From NCBI RefSeq assembly GCF_963921235.1, contig NC_086108.1:9982001-10046000 (forward strand): 64,000 nucleotides of DNA, written 5' to 3'. Each line of letters starts with the position of its first letter. Position 1 is the first letter of the stretch. Source of the stretch: Mobula hypostoma. Its lineage: Eukaryota. Under the pieces are notes generated by a model, which saw only the letters and a program-made list of their open reading frames with translations, was not told the DNA's origin and made no database searches. Made by a program: the position numbers and the translations under genes. Shown piece by piece: positions 25,615-37,674 of the stretch.

Positions 25615-25985
25615 TGATACAGGGCTGTGGGGAGAGAGCGGGGCTGTTGGATTAGTTTGAGGACCGATACAGGACTGTGCGGAGAGAGCGGGGCAGTGGG
25701 ATTAGTTTGGGGACTGACACAGGGCTGTGGGGAGAGAGAGGGACAGTGGGATTAGTTTGGGGACTGACACAGTTTTGTGGGGAGAGCAGGGCAGTGGGAT
25801 TAGTTTGAGGACTGACACAAGACTGTGGGGAGAGAGTGGGACAGTGGGATTAGTTTGAGGACTGACACAGGGCTATGGGGAGAGAGTGGGACAGCGGGAT
25901 TAGTTTGGGGACTGACACATGGATGTGGGGAGAGTGGGACAGTGGGATTAGTTTGGGGACTGATACAGGGCTGTGGAGGATTAAT
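25615..25985. repeat. ~50-bp minisatellite (~7 copies)
   Basis: Unit ACAGGGCTGTGGGGAGAGAGCGGGGCAGTGGGATTAGTTTGGGGACTGAC; GGGATTAG at 25698 and 25748. Confidence 0.93.
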
Positions 25986-26721
25986 CTGTGACTGATGCCT
26001 GTCTTCCTGAACCTGACACTTCTAGACGAAGGTTTCCTGTTCTTTTTTCTCTCCGCTGAAAGCTTCAAATTCCTTTTAAATGCTGGATTATCTTCATTCT
26101 GCTTCTACTCTACAGTAAAATGCTGGATCTAACCACTGCGGTTTTGCGTCATGTTGTGACAATCGAGGCCTGTACAGCCCATTGCCACAATAACCTTTCC
26201 TGCCGTCTAATGCAAACAATAGACTTGTCATGAAAATTGCTAGCTCTCCCCGTTTCCTGCTTATATCCCACTGTCTGAATGAGGTAACCTTTCGCGGATA
26301 AAGGACTGGGTAGCAGCCTCTGCGGCTGTTAATTACTCCGCTGTGTTAAACCCTGGTGAGATAATAATCTCTACAGTAATGAAGCGGGATGTCTTTGTTC
26401 ACCTACTTCGGCCGTGGCCTCCAGGAACATGCTCCGTGTCCTGGGTCAGACCAGCTCATCTGTGACAAGGACGAGCTGTCGGTGATGAACCTGTTCTCAA
26501 GCTCCTCCACTGGGCTGCAGCGTGTATGAGCGTCCACCGTCTGCTCTCTGGGAGTGGACCGAGTCGGTGAGAGTGCTACTGGTCTGGAAGATATTGGCTT
26601 AGGGCAAAAAAATTCCCCAGCAGACTTGTTTCCTCTCTCCCAGTCCCACCACCACACTCTCTCCAATATCCTCGTATTAATTCCACTATGAGAGAGCGGG
26701 GCAGTGGGATTAACTTTTTAA

Positions 26722-27160
26722 AATAGAACATTGAACTGTACAGCTCAGGAACTGGCTACTCAGCGTCGTGCCAAACCAACTAAAAGGCAAATCAAAAACA
26801 CCCAAACATTAATCCTTCCTACCTACACCATGTCCTTATCCCTCCATCTTCCTCACATCCATGAGACCACCCAAATGCAACTTAAAAGCCTCTAATGTAC
26901 TTGCCTCTAGCACCTGCCCTCTGGTACTAGACATTTCAAACCTGGGAAACAGATGCTCTCTGTCCATTTTCTCTGTGCCTCTCATAATCTTGCAAACCTC
27001 TATCAGATCTCCTCTCAGCCTCTGGCACCCCGGAGAAAACAGCCCAAGTTTGTCCAGACTCTTGCGATAGCACAAGCCGTCTAAGTCAGACAGCATCTTG
27101 GTAAACCTCTTCTGCGCCCTCGCCAAAGCCTCAATACCCTTCCTATAGTGGGAGGAACAG
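26722..27160 (-). mobile_element. CR1 LINE 3' fragment
   Basis: RAQKRFTKML...LDKLGLFS...RLRGDLIEVCKIMRG. Confidence 0.88.
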
Positions 27161-27164
27161 AAGC

Positions 27165-27352
27165 ATAGGCCCTTCAGTCGGCACCGTCAAGGTATCCTCT
27201 GATTTAATCCTGGCCTGACAATTTACAGTGACTAATTAACCTACCAACTGGAACGTCTTTGGACTGTATGGGGAAATTGGAACACCCAGGGGAACTCATG
27301 GGGTCACAGAGAGAACGTGCAAGCTCCTTACGGGCAGTGGCGGGAATTGAGC
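27165..27352 (-). mobile_element. V-SINE fragment
   Basis: Reverse complement of the V-domain and B-box region. Confidence 0.75.
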
Positions 27353-28525
27353 TCAGCTCACACGTCATTCCAATTAACTGAAGAGAGCAGGACTGTGGGG
27401 AGAGAGTGGGAAAGTGGGATTAGTTTGGGGACTGACACAGGCCTATGGAGAGAGGTGGGTGGCAGTGGGATTGGCCTCTTTCATCAGGCAGAGGATATAA
27501 GAGTTTGAAAGCACGTACTACAAGGCTGAAGCAAAGCTTTTCCACACGGTTATAAGAGTAAGTTCCTTTGTACAATATGACCCTTGGCCTCACAATCTGC
27601 CTTGTTATGGTCTTGCACTTTGTCCTCTGTCTGAAATGCATTTTCTCTGTAGTTGTTATAACAGACAAAGCTGATTAGCATTCATTTTGGGTGTCTGGAG
27701 TGTGGGTGGGAAGAAGGAGGTGTTTGAAAAGTGTATGTAATTCATAGGAAGCATTGTAGATACATTGTAACTATAGAATTGTCCTGCTGTTGCCTTTGAT
27801 CTTCAGCATATAAAATACCAATAGTTCAATGATTTAATTTAATATCAGAGAATGTCTGCAGCAATACCTGAAATTCTTATTCTTCACAGACATCCACAAA
27901 ACAGAGAAAAACCCAAAGAATAAGTGATAGAAAATGTTAGAACCCGAAGCCGCCTCCCCCTCCCACACACAAGCAGCAGCAAAGGCATCAACTTCCCCCT
28001 CCCCTCACCCCACTTGCTCCAGTGAAACATTAACTCCCACCCAGCCACCACCCACCATGCAAGCAAAAACTTCCAGAGACCACAATTTCAAGTCCATCAA
28101 AAACCACTGTCCATCCTAACACTTCAACATCTGAGACAGGCACTCTTTCTCACTAGCGAAGGAGAGACCGATATCTCTCACTGTTTAGATGTTACAGTCT
28201 TCTGCGTTACTTCTCAGAGCCCACCCCCCCCCTCAACTCAGGGACCAACAGAATCTCACTCACCATCGAGAGAGAGAGAGACAGAGAGATTGCTCGATTC
28301 ATGGTGTATTGGGTCGAGCAGGCCTCTCCTTACAAGGGTGTCTCAATGTGATGCCCTGTTGCTCACTTTTGTTAACTAAAACACTCTACACCCACTAGCT
28401 TCAGGAGGGAGGAGAAGATGGCACGACGCAGCGCGTGCGGCCGCTCGGAAATGATATCGTATTTGTGAAGTAGGATGCCGTGCACAATCCTGATTTGATG
28501 GAGACAGACGTAAGAAGCACGGAGG

Positions 28526-30699
28526 TATTCCTATTTTAGGTAACATATTTTTTCCTCCCTCTTTGACGGATCGCGCTTTTCAAACCTGGAAGACTAAGGG
28601 TATTTTACGGTTTTTGGATTTATTTTTAGATGGTTCCCTTATGTCTTTTGAACAATTATCTAATAAATATAATTTATCAAGAATACATGTTTTTAGATAT
28701 TTACAAGTTAGAAATTTCCTAAGTACTGTACTTTCTTCCTTTCCAATGCTTCCTCCTACAGATATTTTAGATTCGATAATTAACCTTAATCCATGTCAGA
28801 AAGGTGCATCGGCTATGATTTATAATATTATTATGAAACTTAGGAAAGCTCCATTTGATAAGATTAGGGTAGATTGGGAACAGGAATTGGGGCTTACCAT
28901 CTCTGTGGATGATTGGGGGCAGATTTTACAATTAGTTAATACTTCCTCTATTTGTGCTAAACATTCCCTAATTCAATTTAAAGTGGTTCATAGAGCACAT
29001 ATGTCCAAAGATAAATTAGCGCGTTTTTACTCGCAGTGTTAGCAGTGAGGAGGATGCTAAGAGGATGCAGGGTGACTTGGATAGGTTGGGTGAGTGGGCA
29101 AACTCATGGCAGATGCAATTTAATGTGGATAAATGTGAAGTTATCCACTTTGGTGGCAAAAATAGGAAAACAGATTATTATCTGAATGGTGGCCGATTAG
29201 GAAAAGGGGAGGTGCAACGAGACCTGGGTGTCATTATACACCAGTCATTGAAAGTGGGCATGCAGGTACAGCAGGCGGTGAAAAAGGCGAACGGTATGCT
29301 GGCATTTATAGCGAGAGGATTCGAGTACAGGAGCAGGGAGGTACTACTGCAGTTGTACAAGGCCTTGGTGAGACCACACCTGGAGTATTGTGTGCAGTTT
29401 TGGTCCCCTAATCTGAGGAAAGACATCTTTGCCATAGAGGGAGTACAAAGAAGGTTCACCAGATTGATTCCTGGGATGGCAGGTCTTTCATATGAAGAAA
29501 GACTGGATGAACTGGGCTTGTACTCGTTGGAATTTAGAAGATTGAGGGGGGATCTGATTGAAACGTATAAGATCCTAAAGGGATTGGACAGGCTAGATGC
29601 GGGAAGATTGTTCCCGATGTTGGGGAGGTCTAGAACGAGGGGTCACAGTTTGAGGATAGAGGGGAAGCCTTTTAGGACCGAGATTAGGAAAAACTTCTTC
29701 ACACAGAGAGTGGTGAATCTGTGGAATTCTCTGCCACAGCAAACTGTTGAGGCCAGTTCATTAGCTATGTTTAAAAGGAAGTTAGATATGGCCCTTGTGG
29801 CTACAGGGGTCAGGGGGTATGGAGGGAAGGCTGGGTTCTGAGTTGGATGATCAGCCATGATCATAATAAATGGCGGTGCAGGCTCGAAGGGCCGAATGGC
29901 CTACTCCTGCACCTATTTTCTATGTTTCTATGTTTCTATATTAATCCTTTTTGTGATAGATGTTCGGGGCAGATAGCCTCTTTAACTCATATGTTTTGGT
30001 CTTGTCCTACTTTGGAAACTTTTTGGAGAGATATTTTTAATATTATTTCTAAGGTATTAAATATAGATATCTCTCCTCACCCTATTACTGCTATCTTTGG
30101 ACTTCCTAAAATTTCTAGTAATCTTTCCCCTTCAGCCCGTAGAATGATCGCATTTCTTACTTTAATGGCGAAAAGGTGTATTTTACAACATTGGAAAGAG
30201 CTTAATGCTCCAACTACCTTTTTTTGGTTTTCTCAGACGATTTTATGTTTGAATTTGGAGAAAATTAGAAGCAACCTTTATGATTCTTCATTTAAATTTG
30301 AACAGATTTGGGGACCTTTTATTCGATACTTTCATTTAATGTAATACATACCCTTCTTGTTTTTTTTCACTGTTTTTAATGGAGGTCGGGATTGAGGACG
30401 TGATTTTAAGTTTAACTCTGTTTGGTTTCAAGTTAGCCCATTGCTTTGCTTTGCTTTTAGTTAGTTGCACGGTGGGTTTTTTTTTGGGGTTTTTTTTTTC
30501 TTTTTTTTTCCATTGATATATATATAAAATTTAGTATACTATTATGTTATCTTGGTTTTTTATGTTTAAATTACATTGTTTGTAGTATTTTTTTTGGTAT
30601 TGATACCTTCTGGAATTCTATTATATTTTAACATTGTATTAATGTTTATATGGTTTACCTTTTTGTATACTTATTCAATAAAAAGATTTAAAAAGAAAG
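28526..30699 (+). mobile_element. L1 LINE 3' fragment (ORF2 C-terminal zinc-binding region), interrupted by CR1
   Basis: FQTWKTKGI...FRYLQVRNFL...LIQFKVVHRAH; after removing the CR1 it continues FYSHINPFCDRC...LTHMFWSCP; T-rich 3'UTR, AATAAA and A-rich tail; 13-bp TSD AGAAGCACGGAGG. Confidence 0.93.
29036..29938 (+). mobile_element. CR1 LINE 3' portion with intact 258-aa ORF2 C-terminal frame
   Basis: MQGDLDRLGEWANSWQMQFNVDKC...YKALVRPHLEYCVQFWSP...; (TTTCTATG)n tail. Confidence 0.96.
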
Positions 30700-31439
30700 A
30701 GAAGCACGGAGGAACATCTGGAGAAACTTCTGAAATGCCCGCTTCGCTGACGCTGCTACTGTGCGATCGAGAATCTCCGGAGGGGAAGGCCCCAAATCCT
30801 CGGCTTTGACTGTCGCCTGTTGCCGGGGCCGGGGTCGAAGTGCTCGGCAGAGATGGTGCTCGGTGCTCGGTGTCGGAAGGCTGGTCGGAGGCTCGAAGTT
30901 TTCGGACGGACTCAAGAGTCGGCTGAGGTCGGGTGCTTCCAGGGTGCTGCATCAGCAAGTTTGCGGCGCTGGAGGTTCATAGCAGGAAGAGAGTTTCCCT
31001 TCCTTCTACCGTCAGCGTGAGATGATGGGACTTTCGAGAGACTTTGAGATTTTTTTTTACTGTGCCCATGGTCTGTCCTTTCTCAAATTGCGGTATTGCT
31101 TGCATGGTTGTAACTATATGTTATAATTATGTGGTTTTTGTCATTTTTTTAGTCTTGGTTTGTCTTGTGTTTCTGTGATATCATTCTGGAGGAACAAGTT
31201 GTATCATTTTTTAATGCATACATTACTAAATGACAATAAAAGAGGACTGCGTGTCCTCATAATCTAATCTGATCTAATCTAATCTTCATTGCCTCTCTGG
31301 TGGCTTTGTTCACAGTTACAACATCTGACAATAATAAACCAATACCAATAATCTAATTCCAATGCAAGTTCCAAAGTTGAAAACTTATCCATGTGTCCTT
31401 CATGCTGTCACAAGGGTAACGCAGATCCTGCAACCAACC

Positions 31440-31912
31440 TGACTGTGACAGCCATTGAGCACATCTACATGAAACGCTATCATAGGAAAGCAGCATCTAT
31501 CATCAACCATCCCCACCACCCAGGACATGCTCTTTCCTCTCTGCTGCCATCAGGTAGAAGGTACAAGAGCCTCAGGACTCGCAACTCCAGGTTCAAGAAT
31601 AGTTACTACCCCTCAACCATTAGGCTTTTGAACCAAAAGGGATAACTACATTCATCTATTGAGATGTTCCCACAACCACTGATCTCACTTCAAGGACTCT
31701 TTATCTCATTATCTTATGCTGTCATTATTTATTGCTATCTATTTATATTTGTAATTGCACAGTTTGTTGTCTTCGATGCTCTTGCTCTTTCATTGATTCG
31801 GTTTAGAGTTACTGTTCTATAGATTTGCCGAGTATGCCCACAGGAAAAAGAATCTCAGGGCAGTATGTGGTGACGTGTGTGTACTCTGATAATAAACTTT
31901 ATTTTGAACTTT
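31440..31912 (+). mobile_element. Rex1/Babar LINE 3' end
   Basis: KAASIINHPHHPGHALSSLLPSGRRYKSLRTRNSRFKNSYYPSTIRLLN; tail GATAATAAACTTTATTTTGAACTTTG. Confidence 0.88.
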
Positions 31913-32109
31913 GGACAGCTGGGCAGGTGATGACGTTGCAGTCTGCAGGAGTTTATTGCAGCAACCGTTTATCGTTCTTCCTCCCTTACAAATCAGCAGG
32001 GGTTCAGAATTTGTGCCACGCCCTGATGGGGTTGTGCCGGGCGATAGAGAAATGAAACTCTTCATTTAACAGATTCCCTTCCCATTCCCACGGGGAGCCT
32101 GCCACTGAG

Positions 32110-32665
32110 TATTGAAAGGCCTAAATAGAAAGGATGTGGAAAGCATGTTTCTTGTAGTGGGCAAGTTTCAGAGTAAAGGGACTTCTATTTAGAACAGAAA
32201 TGAGGAAAATGAGGAGGAATTTCTTTAGCCAGGAGGTGCTCAATCTGTGGAATTTGTTGCCACAGACGGCTGTGGATGTCAAGTCATTGTGTACTTTTAA
32301 AGCGGAGGTGATAGGTTCTTGATTAGTAATGGTTATGGGAAGAAGGCAGGAGAATAAATCAGCCAACTCAATGGGCCAAATGGAATAATTTTGCACCTAT
32401 GTCTTATGGTTTTATGATCACTGCCAATATTAAATGGAACATAAGATGTGAGGGGTAAGGTTTTTTACTCAGAGTGCTGGATGCCTGGAATGCTCTGCCT
32501 GGTATAGTGGTGGTGGCAAATACATTAGAGGCTTTTAAGAGACACCTGGATAGGCACAAGGATGTGAGGAAGATGGAGGGATATAGACATTGTGTAAGTA
32601 GGAAGGATTAGTGTTGGGATATTTTGGGCCTAATGTCCTGTTCATATGCTGTTCATATGTTCTGT
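32110..32665 (+). mobile_element. Two decayed CR1 3' ends
   Basis: MRRNFFSQ/NLWNLLP-like segments and CR1 3'UTRs. Confidence 0.75.
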
Positions 32666-32754
32666 AAGGGGTCATATAGAGGCAGGCCCGTTGGTTTGTA
32701 AAATACATGCAAACTATCGGACTAATTCCATTCTCCCAGCTTCTGCCACACACT

Positions 32755-33435
32755 TAGATTAGATTTAGATTATGAGGACACTCAGTCCTCGTTTATTGTC
32801 ATTTAGTAATGCATGCATTAAGAAATGATACAATGTTCTTCCAGTATGATATCACAAAAACTCAAGACAAACCAAGACTAAAACTGACAAAAATCTCATA
32901 ATTATAACATATAGTTACAACAGTGCAAAGCAATACTGTAATTTGATAAAGACCAGACCATGGGCACGGTAAAAAAAAAGTCTCAAAGTCCCGATAGCCC
33001 CATCATCTCACACAGACGGTAGAAGGAAGAAAAACTCTCCCTGCCATGAACCTCCAGCACCGCAAACTTGCCGATGCAGCACCCTGGAAGCACCCGACCA
33101 CAGCCGACTCTGAGTCTGTCCGAAAACTTCGAGCCTCTGACCAGCCCTCTGACACCAAGCACCGAGCACCATCTCTGCCGAGCGCTTCGACCCTGGCCCC
33201 GGCCGCCAAGCAATAGACAAAGCCAAGGATTTGGGGCCTTCCCCTCCCGAGATTCTCGATCACACAGTAGCAGCGGCAGCGAAACAGGCATTTCAGAAGT
33301 TTCTCCAGATGTTCCTCTGTGCTTCTCACATCCGTCTCCATCATATCAGGATTGTGCACGGCATCCTACTTAACAAATAACAGATATTCATTCCGGAGTG
33401 GCTGCTGCGCGCACGTCACATCGTCATCTTCTCTT
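32755..33435 (-). mobile_element. Uninterrupted copy of the ~680-bp non-coding retroposon
   Basis: Reverse complement starts GAGAAGATGACG..., contains a single AGAAGCACAGAGG, and ends GACAATAAAC...(TCTAA)n. Confidence 0.88.
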
Positions 33436-33639
33436 CTACTCACTGAAGGCAATTCAAAGTGGAGAATTTATCTGCTGACCGAGGTGTCTGGTGTGCGGTA
33501 GGAACCCATGTGGTCATGGTGTGTCCTCACACAGATAGCACCAGAGGGCAGGGTCGGATCGGGGTCCCTGGGACAGGGTGTGTGTGAGGCAGCAGCTTCA
33601 TCCAGTGAGCCCCTGTGTAAGAGAAAGCCCCGCAAGAGA

Positions 33640-34535
33640 GTCCAAAGCAGCACAGAGAAAACGCTGGAGGAGCTCAGCAGGTCAGGCAGCATCTACGGAA
33701 ATGAACAAACTTTTGATGTCATGTGCTGAATATTGCTCAAGATACCTGCAGTATCTTACACTTCCTTGCAAGACTGGAAGAGGCAATTCAGCCCACTGAA
33801 TCCATGCTGTCCCTTTTGTCAATAAGAGACACAGAAAGTGCTGGAGGAGCTCAGCAGGTCAGGCAGCATCTGTGGAGAGGAATAAACAGTCGACGTTTCA
33901 GGCTGAGACCCTTCATCGGCACAGGAAAGAAAGGGGGCAGAAGCCGGAATAAGAAGGCGTGGGGAGGGAAGGGGGACAAAGCAATGCACGCAAAATGCTG
34001 GAGGAACTCAGCAGGTCAGGTAGCATCTGTGGAAATTAATCAACAGTCAACGTTTCAGGCCGAGACCTTTCATCAGGATTGGAAAGGAAGGGGGAAGATC
34101 CCAGAATAAAAATGTTGGGGGGGGGGAAGGGAAGGAGGATAGCCAAAAGGAGATAGGTGAAGCCAAGGAGGTGGGAAAGGTCAAGGGCTAGAGAGGAAGG
34201 AACCCAATAGAAGAGGAGAGTGGAGCATAGGAGAATGAGAAGGAGGAGGGGACACCGTAGGAAGTGATAGGCAGGCAAGGAGAGGTAAGAGGCCAGAGTG
34301 GGCAAGCTTGGTGAAACCTAGGTGAGGGGCAAGGTGGGTGGATGAGGAAAGTAAGAAGCTGGAAGGTGGTAGGTAGAAGAGGTGAAGGGCTGAAGAAGAA
34401 GGAATCTGATAGGAGAGGAGAGTGGACCATTAGAAAGGGAGAAAGGGAAGGAGGAGGAGACCCAGGGGGCAGTGATGGGCAGGTGAGGGGAATAGAAGGG
34501 GTGAGAGGGGAACCGGAATGAGGAATGGAAACTAA
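33640..34535 (-). mobile_element. Cluster of three successive Penelope pseudo-LTR fragments
   Basis: GCTGGAGGA(G/A)CTCAGCAGGTCAGG(C/T)AGCATC at ~33663, ~33840 and ~33997; hammerhead-like motifs at 33887-33920 and 34044-34081. Confidence 0.85.
34044..34081 (-). ncRNA. Minimal type I hammerhead ribozyme motif (Penelope pLTR)
   Basis: Minus strand CAATC-CTGATGA-AAGGTCTCGGCCT-GAAACGTT-GACTG: conserved CUGANGA and GAAA boxes, short stem II, palindromic ACGT stem III. Confidence 0.7.
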
Positions 34536-34733
34536 ATAAACCTCCTCCTACTCACTCTCGTTTTGATTTAAGATTGTTTAATGTAATTTCCAGTACACAA
34601 GGGTAAAGGAGGCAAAATAATTGTTACTCTGGATCTGATGCAGCACAGAAAAGAAAACAAAGTAAGATAAGAACACAATAATAATGAAAAACAACACAAT
34701 AAATATAAATGCATAAGATAGCTTAATACATAG

Positions 34734-35345
34734 TTGCTGTTGAAATTGTACAAGGCATTGGTGAGGCCAAATTTGGAGTATTGTGTACAGTTCTAGTCAC
34801 CGAATTATAGGAAAGATGTCAACAAAATAGAGAGAGTACAGAGAAGATTTACTAGAATGTTACCTGGGTTTCATCTCCTAAGTTTTAGAGAAAGGTTGAA
34901 CAAGTTGGTTCTTTATTCTTTGGAGCGTAGAAGGTTGAGGGGGGATGGACTTGATAGAGGTGTTTAAAATTATGAGGGGGATAGATAGAGTTGATGTGGA
35001 TAGGCTTTTTCCATTGAGAGTGGGGGAGATTCAAACAAGAGGACATGAGTTGAGAGTTAAAGGGCAAAAGTTTAGGGGTAACATGAGGGGGAACTTCTTT
35101 ACTCAGAGAGTGGTAGCTGTGTGGAACGAGCTTCCAGCAGAAGTGGTTGAGGCAGGTTCGATGTTGTCATTTAAAGTTAAATTGGATAGATATATGGACA
35201 GGAAAGGAATGGAGGGTTATGGGCTGAGTGCAGGTCGGTGGGACTAGGTGAGAGTAAGAGTTCAGCACGGACTAGAAGGGCTGAGATGGCCTGTTTCCGT
35301 GCTGTAATTGTTATATAGATATATGGTTATATGTGGTTATACATA
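34734..35345 (+). mobile_element. CR1 LINE 3' portion, (GTTATAT)-type tail
   Basis: LYKALVRPNLEYCVQF, DLIEVFKIMRGIDRVD...FFTQRVVAVWNELP. Confidence 0.92.
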
Positions 35346-35489
35346 AAACTTCTCAGCAGTGGCACCAGCTGACTTCCTGTTCTCCTGGCAGTGCCAGGAG
35401 CATTGACTTCCAATGCTCAGTCTGGTGTGGCCTGGCCTACTTAGTACATCGCCTTCCCACAGGTGGTCAGCAGAGGAAAGTCCCTCCTC

Positions 35490-35965
35490 CTGCCCACAGG
35501 ACAGCTGTTCAGGTGCTGATGAAGGGTTTTGGTCCAAAAATTTAATTGTTTGTTCTTTTCCACGGATGTGCTGCATTCCTCCAGCACTTTGTGTGTGCTA
35601 CTCTGGATTTCCGGCATCTGTAGAATCGCTTGTGTTTCTGTAAAAATCAGGGAAGCTGTTCAGGTTCTGATGAAGGGTCACTGCCCAAAATGTCGACTGT
35701 TTATTCGTCTCCATGGATGCTGCCCGAGCTGCTGAGTTACTCCAGCATTTTGTGTGTGCTGCTCTGGAATTCCAGGATCTGCAGAATCTCTTGTGTTTCT
35801 GTAAAAATGAGATCTGCCCAACAGGGTAGCTGTTCAGGTCCTGAGCAAGGATCTTTGTGTGAAACATCAACTGTTTACTCCTCTCCACGAAGGCTGCTTG
35901 ACCTGTTCAGTTCCTCCAGCGTTTTATGTGTGTTGCTCTGGATTTCCAGCATCTGCAGATCCTCT
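35490..35965 (+). repeat. Tandem triplicate of a pLTR/hammerhead-containing unit (151 and 174 bp spacing)
   Basis: AGCTGTTCAGGT at 35503, 35654 and 35828, each followed by CTGA(T/G)..., TCCAGCA...TGTGTG and GGA.TTCC.GCATCTG. Confidence 0.85.
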
Positions 35966-36484
35966 TCAGTGTAATTGTTGTTTATCTGCCTATTGTCTCA
36001 CAGTGGGCTGATGCCATCAGCACTAAAGGAAGTGTATTTCTTTTAATCTGTCATAATGGTTTATAAATAACCTTAATTACACACAGTTTGATCACATCAC
36101 TGTCTCAGAGTGAGCTTGGGCTTCTACCTTCTCTCCAGGAGCTGTATTACCCTTTAATCTGTCCCTACTCCTTCTCACCTCTAACTTCCAATTAAAAATT
36201 ATAAATCTTCCTTTGTCCTTGTCCCCTTGTCAGCCCCTTGACCCCAGGCGATCAGTCCTGCCCAGACATGATCAGCAGTGTGTACTGGAGCAGGTGCTGT
36301 GGTGGGTCCATGGTGGTGGCGACGGCCTGCGGCGTCCCACACCAGAAAATGTGAGGCAGTGTTGGTCAGTATGGTGTGGAGTGTTTAATGATGAGAAGCC
36401 TGCCACAGTCACTGGAATCAAGAAAGAGACATTCAGAGATGGAGGGATCAGCAAGAACAGACATTACAATAAGACAGGGTAAGG

Positions 36485-37670
36485 CTTAGAGTGAGAGAGA
36501 AAGACATATGTAGAAAAGAGAGAAAGATACACACACAGAAAAAAAGAGAGATATATACAGAAACAGAGAGATACAAACACAGAAACTAACAGAGAGATAA
36601 ACACAGAAACAGAGAGAGAAATATACAGATGGACAGAGAGAGAGAGATACACACACCGAAAATGAGAGGGAGATGCACATAGAAAGAGAGAGAGAGATAC
36701 AGACACAGAAACAGAGAGAGAGAGAGATACAAACAAAAACAGAGAGAGATACACACAAAGAAACAGAGGGAATGATACACACAGAAAGAGAGACAGATAC
36801 AAGCACAGAAACAGAGAGAAGAGAGAGAGAGATATGCACAGAAGCAGAGAGAGAGATACACACAGAAACACAGAGTAAGACACACACATAGAAACAGAGA
36901 GAGAGAGAGAGAGAGAGATTCACACAGAAACACAGAGAGTAAGATACACAGATGGAAACAGAGGGATACACACAAAAACATAGAGAGAGACAGAGAGAAA
37001 GAGAGTTAGAGATACACACATAGAAACACAGAGAGAGAGAGACAGATACACACACAGAAACAGGGAGAGAGATATGCACAGAAGTAGAGAGAGAGATACA
37101 CAGAGAAACAGAGAGACACATACATAAAACAGAGAGATACACAGATACACAGAGACAGAGATACACAAACAGAAATGGAGAGAAAGAAACAGAGAGAGAG
37201 ACAGCAGAGAGAGAGAAATACACACAGAGAAACAGAGAGAGAGCGAGATACACACTGCAACAGGAAGAGAGATGCACACACAAAAACAGCAATCGAGATA
37301 CACACAGAAACAGAGAGGGAGAGAGATTCAAACAAAAACAGAGAGAGAGAGATACACACACAGAAACAGAGGGAATGATACACAGGGAAACAGAGAGATA
37401 GAGAAATACACACAGACACAGAGAGAGATACAGACACAGAAACAGAGAGAGAGAGATACACACAGAAGCAGTGAGAGAGGGAGACTCACAGAACCAGAGA
37501 GAGAGATACACACAGAAACATACAGAGAGATACACACCAGAAACAGAGAGTGAGATACAGACTGAAACAGAGTGAGAGATACACACAGAAACAGAGATAC
37601 ACATGGGAACAAAGAGAGAGATACACCCAGAAACAGAGACAGTGAAAGGTAGACACTGACTCAGAGAGTG
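36485..37670. repeat. AG/AC-rich low-complexity tract
   Basis: Degenerate GAGAGATACACACAGAAACA units. Confidence 0.92.
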
Positions 37671-37674
37671 AGTG

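Larger units (their letters stand above)
28410..31285 (+). mobile_element. ~680-bp non-coding retroposon (AAGATGGC head, (TCTAA)n tail) split by an L1 insertion
   Basis: Parts 28410-28525 and 30700-31285 together match the uninterrupted inverted copy at 32755-33435. Confidence 0.88.

Noticed and set aside
29065..29841. Functional 258-aa protein gene
   Set aside because: 5'-truncated CR1 ORF2 lacking the endonuclease and RT catalytic core.
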